64,000 nucleotides of DNA from assembly GCA_035221665.1 (NCBI GenBank), contig CM069131.1, positions 27,280,001-27,344,000 of the forward strand, in the 5' to 3' direction. Position 1 is the stretch's first letter; every line of letters begins with the position of its first letter. A model generated the notes under the pieces. The model was not told the DNA's origin. It did no database searches and worked only from the letters and a program-made list of their open reading frames with translations. A program made the translations under genes and the position numbers. Positions 51,360 to 64,000 of the stretch are shown piece after piece. The stretch comes from Okamejei kenojei (taxonomy: Eukaryota).

Positions 51360-51700
51360 CAGGTTGGAAAGATCAGTCGGAGCGAGAGAAAACACCATGG
51401 GCAGATTATGCTGAAGGGATTGATTGGTCTACGCCTGTTATGGTTCATTTGTCTGGGATTGAGATGTCTGTCAGGGAATGTTGTTGACTGGCCCATTCCA
51501 GAGCATGTAATGAAGGACTCTCTGAAGCTTGGTGCCTCCAGTGTTAAGCGATTGTAGGGGAAGTCCATATTCTCGGGTTCTTCCATTACTGGACATGGAG
51601 TCTGGTGGGGACACCCCTCAAACAACAGAAGGGATATCACCCCAAAGAGCCACATAAGTGCCGAGGTTGGTTTGTTTAAAGGTGGGTGTGAGCACTACTG
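51360..51700 (-). mobile_element. Decayed Tx1/L1-clade fragment
   Basis: Degenerate similarity to 24880-25300 (ctgaagcttggtgcctcc..; cagggaatgttgttgactggccc). Orientation and limits are uncertain. Confidence 0.4.
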
Positions 51701-54016
51701 AATATGACACTATTGACTATATATAGACACTGGAACAGTGTGAAGAGTTTTTTTTGCATAGTTTTTGTTTCGTATATTGTTTTTAATCTGAATAACATTT
51801 ATTTTTGAAATAAAAATAATTGGGTTCAAAACTCTGGCCTTCCCTGGCCTTAGTTTATCTGACTCTATTATGAGATTCACCCCAACAACCCCCACATCAT
51901 CCTGCCAGTGCTTGCACAAGGGGACATATCCCAAATCTGTGGCAAAGGTATCTTCCTGTTTGGTGTTAGCATCCAAGCATCCACCAATGCTCTTTAATTA
52001 AGATTTGTGATCACCAATTGTTGAAATTGACCAAGTCTCCCCACAATTACACAACTTTATTCTTCAGCAATTGCCCCATCCCAACCGACACTACCAGCAA
52101 TTGGAATCAAGCTCAAACTTTCGTTCAGTTTTATTGTGCAATTCTGTAAACGTTTAACTTTAGATTGGAACTGTTCCAGCATTGGCAGATGGATAATAGA
52201 TTGCAGGTAAATTTGTCACTAATCTTGTGGTACCAGGTTACACTCATTGCTTTCTTTGCTGTGTGTCCAGTGTGATTTGTGCATTGATCATGATACAGGC
52301 TATCTTTTCTTAATCTCAGTTGTGATCATTGCATTAGCCTTGTGTTATGGTGTAAGGGGTTGACTGCAACAACCTTCTCAAGTACATAAATGAATATTGT
52401 TAGCAAAGAGGTTTACACAATAAAATAGATTGTCAAATCAACCTTTCCATGTGATTGATAGTTCTCTGTTTAGTACTGTTTCTCCATTGTTATTCACTGT
52501 GGATTCATGATACAGTACTGGGTTTCAATCATCAATAATGAGAGAAAATATATTTATTTGAAAGGTTATGTATTTTCTTGCTGGAGTAAATTATCTAATA
52601 CTATTTCCTGTATAGGGTCATTGATGGGGTGAGAATAAATAATATGATATGTAATCACACAAGAATACCTTTAAGTAAATATCTGCCAGAGGAAGCTGTA
52701 TGAGCTGATACAATTTCAACTTTCAAAAGATATTTGGACAGTATATGGATAGGGAAGTTTCGAAGAATATGTGCCAAATTTGGGTATGTGGGACTAGTCC
52801 AGAATGTCAACTTCGTTAGCACGGACAGGTTGGGCAGAAGGATCTTTTCCATGCAGTATGGCTCTGTACAATATTGTCCATCTTTAAATTCCTCTGAGGA
52901 GGTTGTGCTGAACCATTTTCTTGAGATGCTGCAGTCCTGGTGAAGGCAGTCCCAGTGAAGGCAGTCCCAGTTACTTGGTATGGAGAATATCTGGATTGAC
53001 CAACAAAAATGATGGTGATATACTTGCAAGGCAGGATATTGTGTCACTTGAAGGGGAATCTTCAGGGTGTTGTATTTTAATGTGTTTGGTGCCTTTGTAA
53101 TTCTTGCTGTTATAGGTGAGTTTGTGAAGAAGTGTAGATGTTAACACATTGAGTAACAGCACTAAGTAACTGACCAGGTTGCACACCAGCCATGATCTGC
53201 CAGCGCTGGAGGCAATTAGTGTCGAGGGTGGAGGATGGCATGCCAATCAAGTAGACCTTTTTTTTTTAAATAGCGGAGAGTTTCAAGTACTGTTGGAAGT
53301 ACATTAATCTGGGTAATTGGACAACATTGCACCGGTTTTATAGTTGATGGGAAGCTGCGGAGCAGCAAACGGTGACTCGTTTGTCACAGGATATCCAGTC
53401 CCCGACCAGCTATTGCAGATACACTATTTTTGTGATGGGTCCAAACTGATCACGGGAAGGTAGATTTGGTAATATAATCTGAAATGTTAAGTGTAGGGAG
53501 TTACATTCTCCCTTGTTGCTAATTATCTGGCACATATGATGTGATGACTATGTCACGTCCTTGCTTGAAGCTTTGTGAACACTGCACATTGCAAAACGTA
53601 GTGCGGAGCTGCGACGAAAATGCCATATTCTTCCTGGAAGATGCGACATCTCTCTCCGATGTTGTTGTCGAAGTCGAATGGGTCTCGTCTCCGGAATGCA
53701 TCAGCCATGCTCGTTTGGCAAACAGACTTTTCGTTCTCTCTTGTGAAAAGAGAGAGGAAAAACTCGAGCCGATGAAGTTCTGGAATAAAACTTCTGACAC
53801 CATGTATGAAGTTGTTGGAATAACGACAAGTATTGAACTTCATATGAAGTTGTTTATTAACCACGAGGCCTGCAGACTCAGCCAAAGCTACATTCCACCC
53901 CAGTGTGAGAGCCAGCCTGTGCAGGATAACATTGCACAGAAGCCGTCGATACAAGCGCCCATCATGGATCAGGCCTACACGAGGCGCCACATCACGCAGC
54001 AGATGCCGACTGGAGA

Positions 54017-54282
54017 CCCGGAAGTGACGGCAGGTGCCCCGCAGGCGGGCCGCGTAGAACCCGGAAGTGACGGCTGATGCCCCGCAGGCGGACCGTGCAA
54101 AACCAGGAAGTGACGGCTGATGCCCCGCAGGCGGGCCGCGCAAAACCAGGAAGTGACGGCTGATGCCCCGCAGGCGGGCCGTGCAAAACCAGGAAGTGAC
54201 GGCTGATGCCCCGCAGGCGGGCCGTGTCGAAGCCGGAAGTGACAACAGGGTGCCCCGCAGGCGGAGAACCCGGACGTGACGC
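54017..54282 (+). repeat. 43-bp VNTR, 6 units plus a degenerate seventh, in the promoter
   Basis: GGAAGTGAC starts at 54020, 54063, 54106, 54149, 54192 and 54235. The variant GGACGTGAC is at 54272. Confidence 0.95.
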
Positions 54283-54289
54283 CGCTTCT

Positions 54290-54462
54290 CTCCCCTGGTC
54301 GGTGGCGGCGGTGGCGGCGGCGGCGGCGGCGGCGGCGCGGAGAGACCCGGAGGTTGTTGCCAGCCTTGCTTCCGGGAGCGACTTGAATGAGTGGCGGTGG
54401 CGGCGGCGGCGGCGGCGGCGTCTGTGGCGGGGACGGGACGGGTCGCTGAAGGCTCCGGAGAG
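54290..54462 (+). other. Putative first (5'-UTR) exon with two GGC tracts and a short uORF
   Basis: Lies just downstream of the ETS cluster and ends at a consensus donor AG/GTGAGA. The start coordinate is a guess. Confidence 0.55.
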
Positions 54463-55929
54463 GTGAGAGCCGGGGAGGGAGAGACTGGGCGAGTGATGAA
54501 AGCCGCTGGCATTAATGGTCGGGTTGGCAGTCGGTGCCTGCCCCGCCCCCCTGCTCTACCCCCGGGCCCCGACCCGGTGCCGCCGCCGCCGCCGGCGCTG
54601 GGCTGTTCCTTCCTTGCTTGCTCGCTCTCCGCATCGCCCCAGGTTGTGTGTGCGTGGCTGCCTCGACCTCCGCCTATATGTTGATGTGGCGCTCGGCCTC
54701 GGGCTCTGCTCCGTCCAGTGACATGTCCCATGAGCTCCACAGCAGCTTGCCTTGTGAACTGTCTCGCAACCAATTGTCCCTTTGGCTCCTCTTATATTAT
54801 TGGCGTGCTGCAGGGGCTGGAATCGTGCCGGCGTTAATAACTCGTATTAAATGCAAGTTACTTCCTCCTTTACATTGAGGATTCTGGACACTTTCTTTGC
54901 AGAGGCGTCAGTGAATGGGATGAGAACTATCTTTTAGTGCTTTAATTTCCAAATTTGTCTGAGATACATTAGACAGGGAGCTTCAGACTTTGTAATTAAT
55001 AGCAAGAGGGGTTTTAAGGATAACAATTAGTGTTAATCAGGAAGAATCCGAAGAAGTCGTATATTTAGATCTTTGTTAAAGGATAGTTTGGAAGGTTGTT
55101 ACTTCAGGCCAGGCCTCTTGCCACTTGGGAATACATTGGTATGGCAAGGAAGTTATAGGGTTTGTTATGGATGTTAGGCTGTTATTCATTGGGTCAGTCC
55201 TAGGTCTTCAGATATTTGCTTTCTTTAGTAATAATGTATGTATTGAACGTGATGTATCCAAGCTTGCTTATCATTTAAAATGTGGGTGGGGAAAAAAGAT
55301 GTCTGAAAAGTGATGGAAACAAGTTAGAAGACGAAGGAGGAATGTGCAGCAAAAAAGTGAGATCTAGGGAAGGGTAATCTAAAGAAGTGTAATCATTTTA
55401 GTAGAAAGAATAGAAAAACAGAATATTTATAGGTGGTTGAAGTAAGTTTTATGTGTTCATAGTGAGTTGTCTCTTCTTACCCACAACATACAAAAGCATC
55501 AACAGAAGGTAGCTGGGGGGAGGGGGGGAAATGTTGGGGTGGAAGAAAGGGGGGAGGGGCAAGGTGTGGTTGTTTTCCTAGAAACTGGTCCACATCATGA
55601 CTTTCTGCAATACAGTGCCTGCATCAAGAAAAGTGACTTGACAAATTAATTTTATGAAAGCATCTTTTATTTTCTCACATTTTTGGTTAGTCATTTGTGA
55701 GGGTGAATTTCAATTACCCAAATAGCTACATCACGGGCGTCACCTGTACTAATATGGGCTTGAATACAGGAGTAATCTGGTCACATTGCAATTACAAAGA
55801 GCTTTAGTCGTGAATGGAAGAGCATACCAAAAATGCTTTATGGCCTGTTGCTGCTCCTGTTTCTTGTGTTCTGATGTCAGTCATCAATAATGTAAGAGAG
55901 TTCATTGAAAAATATATTTGTGCTCTATC

Positions 55930-56103
55930 TTAGTTTAGTTCAGTGAAACAGGCTCTTCGGCCCACCGAGTCAGCGCTGACCGACAATCACCCCGTACACT
56001 AGCACTATCCTATGCACTAGCAGCAATTTACAATTCTTATCAAAGCCAATTAACTTACAAACCAGTATGTCTTTGGAGTGTGGGCAGAAACCGGAGCACC
56101 CGG
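55930..56103 (-). mobile_element. HE1-type SINE 3' half
   Basis: ttagtttagtt tail, then aaacaggctcttcggccc..aagccaattaacttaca..gtctttggagtgtggg. Confidence 0.75.
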
Positions 56104-59100
56104 TTTATAACTTATGACAATTATTCAACTGAAAATAAGAGGCTAGTGTGTGTATAACATTCTACCAGAGATCTAAAGGGAAATCATTGTATAGAACATC
56201 GCCATTGGGTTCTGATCTGATGATGGAGCCGCGACATCCTTTGAGGAAAATCTGTCTCAGTGTTGAGTTTGGCTAGAGTTCTATCTGATCAGTTTTATTA
56301 AATGTTCAGTACATCTGTGAAGCTACTAGTCTTCACCCAAAACAAATTTAAATGTTCTGAAAATGCATATATATTCCTTTCTACTTCCTAAAATGTTTAA
56401 AATGAGGGGTGCTTTTTATTTGTTTCAAATTCCATGCAGCCCGATGATTTTCTTTCGGCTGATTTTTAATAGTTTGTTATAATGTGATGATGGAAAAAAT
56501 CTGGTATGGACTTTTTTTCTGAGCTGCTAGGTTTGTGAATGGAAGCACCGTGCCAAACCTATGTTGCCTGTTTGTGCGTGTTTTTCCATTCTGATTCTAC
56601 TGTCCAGCTGATTTTTGCGTATAATCTTTTTACTTATTCTTATTCACAGACATATTTGATTTGTCCATTATTGTCCATGTTTATGAACATATCCTGGCAA
56701 CAGTTTCTAGGATCTATGCATAACTGAGCATTCTTACAATGCAAATTTGTTTAACTGGCAAATTGTGTTGTTCCTCTTATCATTTATGTCAAAAACTTTC
56801 TTGATCAGTTAGCATTTTGTTTACTGCTAAAATAAGGTACTTCTGCAATCAATCTACTGAACAACATAATTAATTATATTCTTACATTGACTAAACTAGC
56901 GGAACTGTAGCAATAATTATGATTAGCACAAACCAGTTCCCGGATCAAAATCTTGAAGTATTTTTTCCCTATGTATTTATGTGTGGTTACTTACAATTTA
57001 AGACATGTTTTAACCTACAAATTTCCAAGAAAATAATTGTTTTAAACAAACCCTTGGGCTGTGTCATAATGGTTTTAATCCAGCTGAAATCATCTGGATG
57101 TGTACTTGTATTTCAGTCTTTTCCCTACTGATAATTTGTAATTACTTATGTATTGACTCATCAGTGTTGTGCCGATCTACAACACCAAATTTTCTTCATA
57201 GTCATTGCTTCAGATCTAAGCTTGTTTCTTTCAACTGCTTTTTAATCACAAATGCTTGTGTTACTCAATATTACATCCAATCCAAAGTAATGTAGAAACT
57301 GAGAGAGAGCCGCAGAGGCCCCTCTGTATGTTATGATGTCACCTTCCACGCCATGGCTTTGAAAAGCTGCTTTTCCCTAATCACAGACTCCAGTCCAATA
57401 TATGGAAAAGACCCTCTAGGGTCAGCTGCATTCCTTGTGCTTCTGCCCTTTTTTTCCCCATCATTCTTTTTATGTTCCCATTTTTGTCTTTCTGTTTTAC
57501 CATCTCTTGCATTTCATTGAATATTTTTGATATTTCTGCCTTAATCACATCTCTAAGCAGATGAATCCTTCCTGTTTTCAGTGTTTCTTTTCCATTACAC
57601 ATGGGGTTCTAATATTGCCTTTTATTTCCCAGACCTCTCTCGCTGCATTTACCGCAAAATTCAAAATGCTTCCGTGATCTTCTTTCAGGACCACAAATGT
57701 TTCCAGTGTGAGGAAGCAATGCATTTGCATTGCCTTTAGCCAAATTTAAAAATAGCCATACTATGGGCTGCAATTGTCTGATTCTTGGATTTCAAGAATC
57801 TTTTCTCTGCTGTCCATTTACATTTTATGTAAATATTTCTTTGATCAGAGGTTCCTCAGCCACTTGCTAATACGTTCAGCCAATAGATTTGTGATCTGTG
57901 AGCTGCACTTGCCTGTTGGATAGAAGTTCCCTACAATTGTCTCCACTGCACTGGCCATCAACTTATTGATGCAATAAATTTCACCTTTCACATCCCTAGC
58001 CATGCTCCCCAACCCCAATTGTATCTACTGGTTAAGGTCACCCAGTCATACCAGTCACTTTGAGGTGGGATAAGTAATTGAAATAATAATAGAGATCAGA
58101 GAAAGAAGTACAATAAGTAGAAGACTGGGAGAAAGATTATATTAAGAGGCAGAGGAGAATTGGGAGAGGGGATGAATCCATCCTGTTTTGACCAAAGGAA
58201 ATGCTAAGAAAAAAGGTGTTGCTGCATTCTTTCAAATCTTAGCGGGAGTTTGGCTTTTCTGACACTCCAAGTGGGAGCTCGGGTTTTATTTGACAGGTGA
58301 CTATCATTATGTATTATGTGAGGCTGTAAAGGTTTCTGTGCGTGCAAGTTGTGGAATTGGCTAAATCCAAAAGTTAATAAGTATATCGACAGTTGCATCT
58401 TCACCATTCAATCATTAATTAGTTCACATGGTGCCCTAATTAGTGTTGCATTGTCATGTATGCCATCTTTAAACAAAGGTTTTTATCCATTTGTCCACTG
58501 GTTAATGTTGCCATAATAAATAGCTATTCGTCAGACCATCTTGTACATTAGTTATGCTTGATTTTGACTGACTTCCTTGGTCTAATGAAATTTCAAATAT
58601 TAAAAAGGGATTGCATTTGAAAATTATTTGGGAAAGTCTATTCTAAACTGACTATATCAGAAGAGTGCATTGTCAAATTATCTCTTTCATTCACAACCAC
58701 AATTCCTGTTTTGTAATTATTATTGCACAGACACAGTTTCCGACATCGTTGCACACAAAATGTAATATGAGCATTAGGGACATTTATTTTGAACACTTTG
58801 GAAGTAGTTTGTTGGCTTTAATATTACCTTTTATTGACTTTAACTCTACCTCCTACATCCCCTGACTGAAATAGTGTGACTGGGTTGGCTGTGCTTAGTC
58901 TTTTGATTAGAAGTAGCTGACAGAGATTTGTAGTATAGCTTTGGGGATTATTTGTTCCCAGGCTTTTTAAATCTTCAAGACTTCTATTGTTAGTGAAGCC
59001 TATTTTGTTGTTTTTTTTAAATTTCCTCCATTCTCACAATCCTGCTGTTTAAGCTTGAGCTTTGTAGTATCATGTGACTTTTGTTTTTCATTTTCCTTTT

Positions 59101-59700
59101 ATTGTCTCTTGAGGAACATAGTGCGATCTTAAATATCTCCTGTTTCCCCTCAAGTGCTTTCTAATTTATTCTGGAAAACCACAGCGGTAGCAGAGGACAG
59201 AGTAGCATTTTGATCTGCGCAGTAAAGCCATTCGAATGTTACTAGAGCTTTATTGTTGGTCTTGGAGAGGAGGATGGCGTTGGTTTGGTAATATTGCCAA
59301 ATACTCTGGAGGACTGCAAAGGCATCACTGATGTTTTTGAAGTGCCCAAGAAAATGGGATTAAGGGCATGTAGGAGAACTCTCTGCTGGGTTTGGTGTCC
59401 AAAGGTGATGGTGAACTTTATGGATAGAAGTGAATTTTATGGTGGTTCCAGAGATGTGGACAATGACCCATATTTCCATGGTTTCATTGTGGATCAAAAT
59501 TGTTGGGGAGTTCTATTGGGCAGCAAAGACAGTTTTGAAAGTGTTTATTTTAAGTTTAGTGGGTCTGCAATGAGTTGGAGCTCAGAATCCATGTGTGCGC
59601 ATTTGTAATTATTGTGTACTTAGTTTGATGGCTGAGGTTGAAGTAACTTTGGTTTAGATTTCAGTCAATGTATGTTGAACTGTTTTCTATTTTCCTGTAG

Positions 59701-59783
59701 CAGCAGGAAGCTTGCTGAGGCTTGATCCAATATTGTGGTGAAAACTATTTTCTAAGGAACTTTTCAAGGTACTCTTTCACTGG
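59701..59783 (+). other. Candidate non-coding exon of the plus-strand gene
   Basis: Strong acceptor ttttctattttcctgTAG followed by CAGCAG. Possible donors are aag/GTactc (59768) or tgg/GTaaag (59783). The sequence is non-repetitive. Confidence 0.3.
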
Positions 59784-61239
59784 GTAAAGTCTCCTTTGTT
59801 CTTAAGCCTTAGCAAGTTGGCTCCTTGGATTGTTAAATTATAGATGGTCTTGAGAGCACATTGGAATCTATGCATGTCATGGTTATTAATGATAGCTTGA
59901 CAATGATACAGTTGCGATCTGATGAGCAGATGAGAACGATATCTTCAATAGCAGGTTTAAATGTATCTGCAATGTCCAAGAAATCCACTTCCTTGAAGAC
60001 TAAGTCAATTTGACAAGTCTCCAAAGACTGGCCAATTTTTACCGATCCCGCATTGAAAGCATCACTACCAGTTTTGATAAGGTCTCTGTCCACAGTTGCG
60101 AAAAATTGCAGAGTCGTGGATGTAGCTTAGTCCATAGCTGGTTATGATGTGTTAACTTATTCATTCCGCAGGGGAGTTATGCAAGGCTGGCTTATTCTTG
60201 GTGACAAAATTCCATGAAGACCATTTTCCACTTCTAGAAAGTGGTGTACCCATGGCTTTGTTTGGCTTCATTCAGATATGTAGCGTGGAAGCCGTCCCTT
60301 TTTTTTGATCGAGTCCGGGCTCTGGTGTTGTAAGGCAGCAACACTACTACTGCTTCACCTTGCTCTGTGTTCTTTGAGCTGTCTTACTCGGAGCATTGGG
60401 AGTTGATAAACAGTGTGTGCGTTTATAGGGGCAATGATAAACTCTGTGCTTTTTTTCCTTTTAAGAGTTGTCTGTAAAGGTTCTGACACACCAGGTCCTC
60501 AACATCACAATGAGGAGTGGATGAGACAGTCTGAAACTTAGGTGGGATTTGGAATGGCTAGACACCTCATAGGCTACAGAGAACAAGAGTTTTGGTTATG
60601 GTGACAAGGGGTTCCAAGAAGATTAGAGACTATACTCCTGTGGCATTAACTCATAAACATTGGGGAATTTTCCATGAACGCATGCGTGTGGGCTGACAAT
60701 GTAATCCTAATATTTTTGTTAACCATCCCTTCCCCCAATTTATTGATCTTGAGTCCTCATCTGCAAATATATACGATGACAGTGCCTTCACCCATCCTTG
60801 ATCACCCCAATTTCTCTCCGGCATTCAACATGGTGCCCTGGCTAACCAAGCAAAAGAAGTGCTTCCTTGTAGCAAATTGAATTTAGAAAGGGAAAGTTAC
60901 TTAATCACCCTGCTGATGAAACCTTGCACAAACTTTATTTTTAACTTTTTTTAGAGACTGACTTAATTTGAAGCAAAGTTGGTAACTTTAAATTTGTTAC
61001 TGGACTAGTTTGACATTATTACTTTGGACTAATACTGTGAATTATCAAAATTACTGTTTGTAATTTGTCCAGAAAGCTGTTGTAGTAGTATGATTTTTTG
61101 ACTGGCAACAAAATAGATGTTCTGTGGTCTCTTGTAATTCACTCATTTCTTTTTATATAGAACAAAATAACTAGATTCAATGCTGTCAGTTGTAAATATG
61201 CTTTCATTTTCGATTAGGATGTGACTGCATTGGCAATAA

Positions 61240-61709
61240 TCTATATACTATTAAAAGTCTCATCTTGTATGTATACGTGTGTGTGTCTATGTGTTTTTCT
61301 ACCTTCGTCAAAACGCTACGCGGCAACGCTAAAAATTTTACATAATCTGACTCTCGTTTTTCCCCTCCACGTAGTAATCAGGTTAACTTAATATTTCATC
61401 CTATATTTTACAAGTTATTGGTGATTAATGTTTTTTAAAAAAAAGGCAGAAAACGGTTCTCACATACACCCTTTTTCCAGGACTTTCCACTGATGATGTT
61501 CCAATCCCACTCACAGTGCACCAATGACATCCAATGGGATGTGGCCAACGGTAACAGCAGCTTCTCACAGACATCCTTTTTTCCAGGAGCCTCCAGTGAT
61601 GATAATCACAATCGGCTCTCAGGCTGCCGAGTGCCACACACTGCCCCCCTGCCCCCTCCCCCATCCCCCTGGTTATTCACACCACCTTCCTCCTCCACCC
61701 TCCTCCCCC

Positions 61710-61744
<35 letters not shown>

Positions 61745-61900
61745 CCCCCCCCCCCCCCCGGTTATTCACACCTCTCGCCCCCTCCCACCCCCCTCCCTGG
61801 GTTATTCATGATTAAAGTTTCAAAACCACCTTTTAAAGCACCAGCTTCCAGTGGCGTCACAATTTCCCCCCTCTCCCACTCTTCGCTATGGTACAGTGAA
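61240..61900 (+). mobile_element. Possible Helitron-like non-autonomous element with poly-C tract
   Basis: Begins A/TCTATATACTATTAAAA followed by a (TG)-type microsatellite, as in Helitron 5' ends. No clear 3' hairpin-CTAG end was found. Poly-C lies at about 61690-61800. Confidence 0.3.
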
Positions 61901-62453
61901 ACAGAATATTCCACCACCTTCTAGGAGGAGGGCCTCATTTCAAAAACAGTTTCATCAGCTCCCCAACGCACATGCATAGTTGTGCCAAGACATTGCTTGT
62001 CAAAGAACTCGGAGCGATGAATGTACCCTCAACGTCATCCGACAAAGTGTTCCGACATGAAAGGTCACCTGTCCATGTTCTTCATAGATGGTACCTGACA
62101 TGCTGAGTTAATTGTACTTTTGGTGTCTAACTTCAGTACACCAGCATCTGCTGTTAGTGTTACTTCATAACAGCCTGCTTCCTACGGTTCGTTGTTGCAC
62201 ATAATTTCTCTTAGAATTAAAATGAATCAAAATTCTAAACAGGGCCATCGTGTGGATATTTGTGATATTTTCTCTTTTAAAGATTTCATTCTTGTGTTCC
62301 CATTTTTGAATTGCTTTTGGGAAATTCTATTTTAGGTACAAAATAAACGTGTTTTGTTTCTTCCCCCTTCATTCAAGACAACGCTATCTTGATTTTCTTT
62401 CTGATTTGTTTCATTTTGCATCTTTCTCCCTATATCAACCCATATCAGTGAAA

Positions 62454-62551
62454 GATAGACGCAACATGCTGGAGTAACTCAGTGGGACAGGCAGCATCTC
62501 TGGAGAGAATGAATGGGTGACGTTTTGGGTCGAGACCCTTCTTCAGTCTGA
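62454..62551 (-). mobile_element. Single-arm Penelope-derived element with hammerhead motif (G12 mutated)
   Basis: The minus strand reads CTGAAGA-A-GGGTC-TC-GACCC-AAAA-CGTC. 14-bp TSD CCATATCAGTGAAA at 62440-62453 and 62552-62565. Confidence 0.75.
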
Positions 62552-62569
62552 CCATATCAGTGAAACTTC

Positions 62570-63310
62570 TACTTATCTAGAAATGGAGGTGAACCTCAAG
62601 AAACTTGACAGATGATACAGCTGCAATCTGATTAGAACAATATCTTTAATAGCAGATTTAAATTTATTTGCTATGTTCAAGAAAGCCTCTACTTCTTCAG
62701 AAGACAGGAAATGTGGCAATTCTCCAAAGGCTCTGGCCAATTTACACAGATGCAGCATAGAAGGCATCCTATCGGGATGCATGTCGCCTCGTTTGGCAAC
62801 AGCTCTGCCCACAACTGGGAGAAATTGCAAAGTTGTGGATGTAGCTTAATCTATCATACAAACAAGCCTCTCCAAACCCTTCCCTCCCTCCGTCCCCCAT
62901 TGACTCTTTCTATACTTCACGTTGCTCTCGGAAAACAACCAACAAAAGAAATGGCTGCTTATACCTTTTCTGGCCTCTCCCATCAGGTATAATACACAAG
63001 TTAGAAAGGAAGTACCAACAGATTCAGGAACAACTCCCCTGCTGTTATCATATTATTGAACAGTTCTCTCGTACACTAAGACACAGTCCTGATCTCTCAA
63101 CCCACCTTGTTGTGGCCCTTGCACTTTTCTTTTATCTGCACTTTGTCGTTGTAACACTGTATTCAGCATGTTGCTTATTTTTTTTCCTTTGCACTTGCTG
63201 TTGCAATTGTGTTATGGTTTGATTGTACTTGGGTATGATACTTGACTGACTAGAATGCATGCATATGCATTGGTACATGCGTCAATAATAAACCAATACC
63301 AATATCAAAT
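62570..63310 (+). mobile_element. Rex1/Babar-like LINE 3' fragment (related decayed piece at 59930-60135)
   Basis: Degenerate LANLHRCSIEGILSGCMSPRLAT / FGNSSAHNWEKLQ. AATAAA and (CCAATA)n tail at about 63288-63305. Confidence 0.7.
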
Positions 63311-63828
63311 CACATGAATGAGGAGCTGTTTCTTTGGCAAAACAATAATTGTAGTTATTAATAACAGTATATCATTGTTTCAAATGAAAATATTTCAAAA
63401 TTGTCTTAATATTATACATTTCACCCCAAAAATCAGTTAGGTTGTATGATTTATGTTGGAGACACAAGAAACTGCAGATGATGGAGTATCAACCAAAAAA
63501 TAGACTACTGGAGAAACTCAGCAGGTCAGACAGGGGAGTGGAGGAAGACATCATTTTGGGTTGGGACACTTCTTCAGGTTGATCTGTCTGTTATGTAGTA
63601 TGTTATTAGGTCTAATATGTCTAATATCATTAGATTTGCATAATACTTTCTTGCCATTGCTAACTCTGTGGAAATGTTATGCAAACTGTTTGGTAATTTC
63701 AAAGAGGACTTTTCTGCAAGTTGTGCTGTAATTGCGAGTTCCCATCGGGTCACTCAGAATTGCCTGCCACAGGCTTTAAACTGTTGATTTTTTTAAAAAT
63801 CTATTTACATTTTTATTTCTTATTTTAG

Positions 63829-64000
63829 ATTTAAGGCATTTCCCGAAGTTGTTCATTCTTCCCTGGCCACTTGCTTTTACTGAAACTCCTGCTCGGCTCC
63901 CTTCAATACAACACCATCTCATTTCAGTGTGCTACCTCATTTCAGAATAGTGTTGGCAGTGCCTCAGAAATTGGCTAATGCCTCTGAGAAATGGAGGCCA
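63829..64000 (+). other. Candidate exon of the plus-strand gene, possibly containing the start codon at 63991
   Basis: Strong acceptor ttttatttcttattttAG, unique sequence, and gaaATGG in good Kozak context at the window edge. Confidence 0.3.

Larger units (their letters stand above)
53560..54850 (+). promoter_or_regulatory. CpG-island promoter of a plus-strand gene (probably ARFIP1 by synteny with TMEM154)
   Basis: Sharp CpG/GC enrichment, multiple (C/A)GGAAGTG ETS/GABP sites, GGC repeats and a splice donor gagag/GTgaga at 54462/54463. No coding sequence identifies the gene. Confidence 0.75.

Noticed and set aside
53553-54773. 406-aa minus-strand ORF, the longest in the window
   Set aside because: It is made of GC-rich CpG-island, VNTR and GGC-repeat sequence that lacks stops by composition. 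It has a non-ATG start, no recognisable domain and no TIGD4 similarity.
61493-61924. Polyproline ORF resembling a formin FH1 region
   Set aside because: It is the translation of a poly-C tract inside a repeat, with no splice signals or adjacent FH2 sequence.

Overview
This is vertebrate genomic DNA, most likely from a cartilaginous fish such as a skate or ray. The basis is HE1-type V-SINEs, CR1/HER1-type LINE 3' ends and Penelope-derived palindromes. Nothing prokaryotic is present. Two host loci are visible. (1) The 5' part of TMEM154 lies on the minus strand: four coding exons at 16248-16185, 7436-7017, 5866-5830 and 87-1 splice in frame to signal peptide, mucin-like stalk, TM helix and the PIFEED..VME.EMEE..KWM motif. 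(2) A CpG-island promoter and first exon of a plus-strand gene lie at about 54 kb, probably ARFIP1 by synteny only. The rest is mostly decayed transposons: CR1, RTE, Rex1-like, Tx1/L1, Penelope, a BEL/Pao LTR element, and hAT and Harbinger-like MITEs. The most striking observations are: (a) a ~140-bp TSD-flanked retroposon in two copies whose first 54 nt fold into a minimal HDV/CPEB3-type self-cleaving ribozyme, in copy A starting exactly at the predicted cleavage site; (b) short Penelope-derived elements carrying minimal hammerhead motifs, often as long palindromes with variable-length TSDs; (c) a 5.4-kb Pack-hAT-like composite that duplicated neighbouring genomic DNA; (d) a promoter VNTR that multiplies an ETS/half-CRE motif, followed by a GGC-repeat polyglycine uORF. 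Repeat boundaries are approximate unless a TSD is given.
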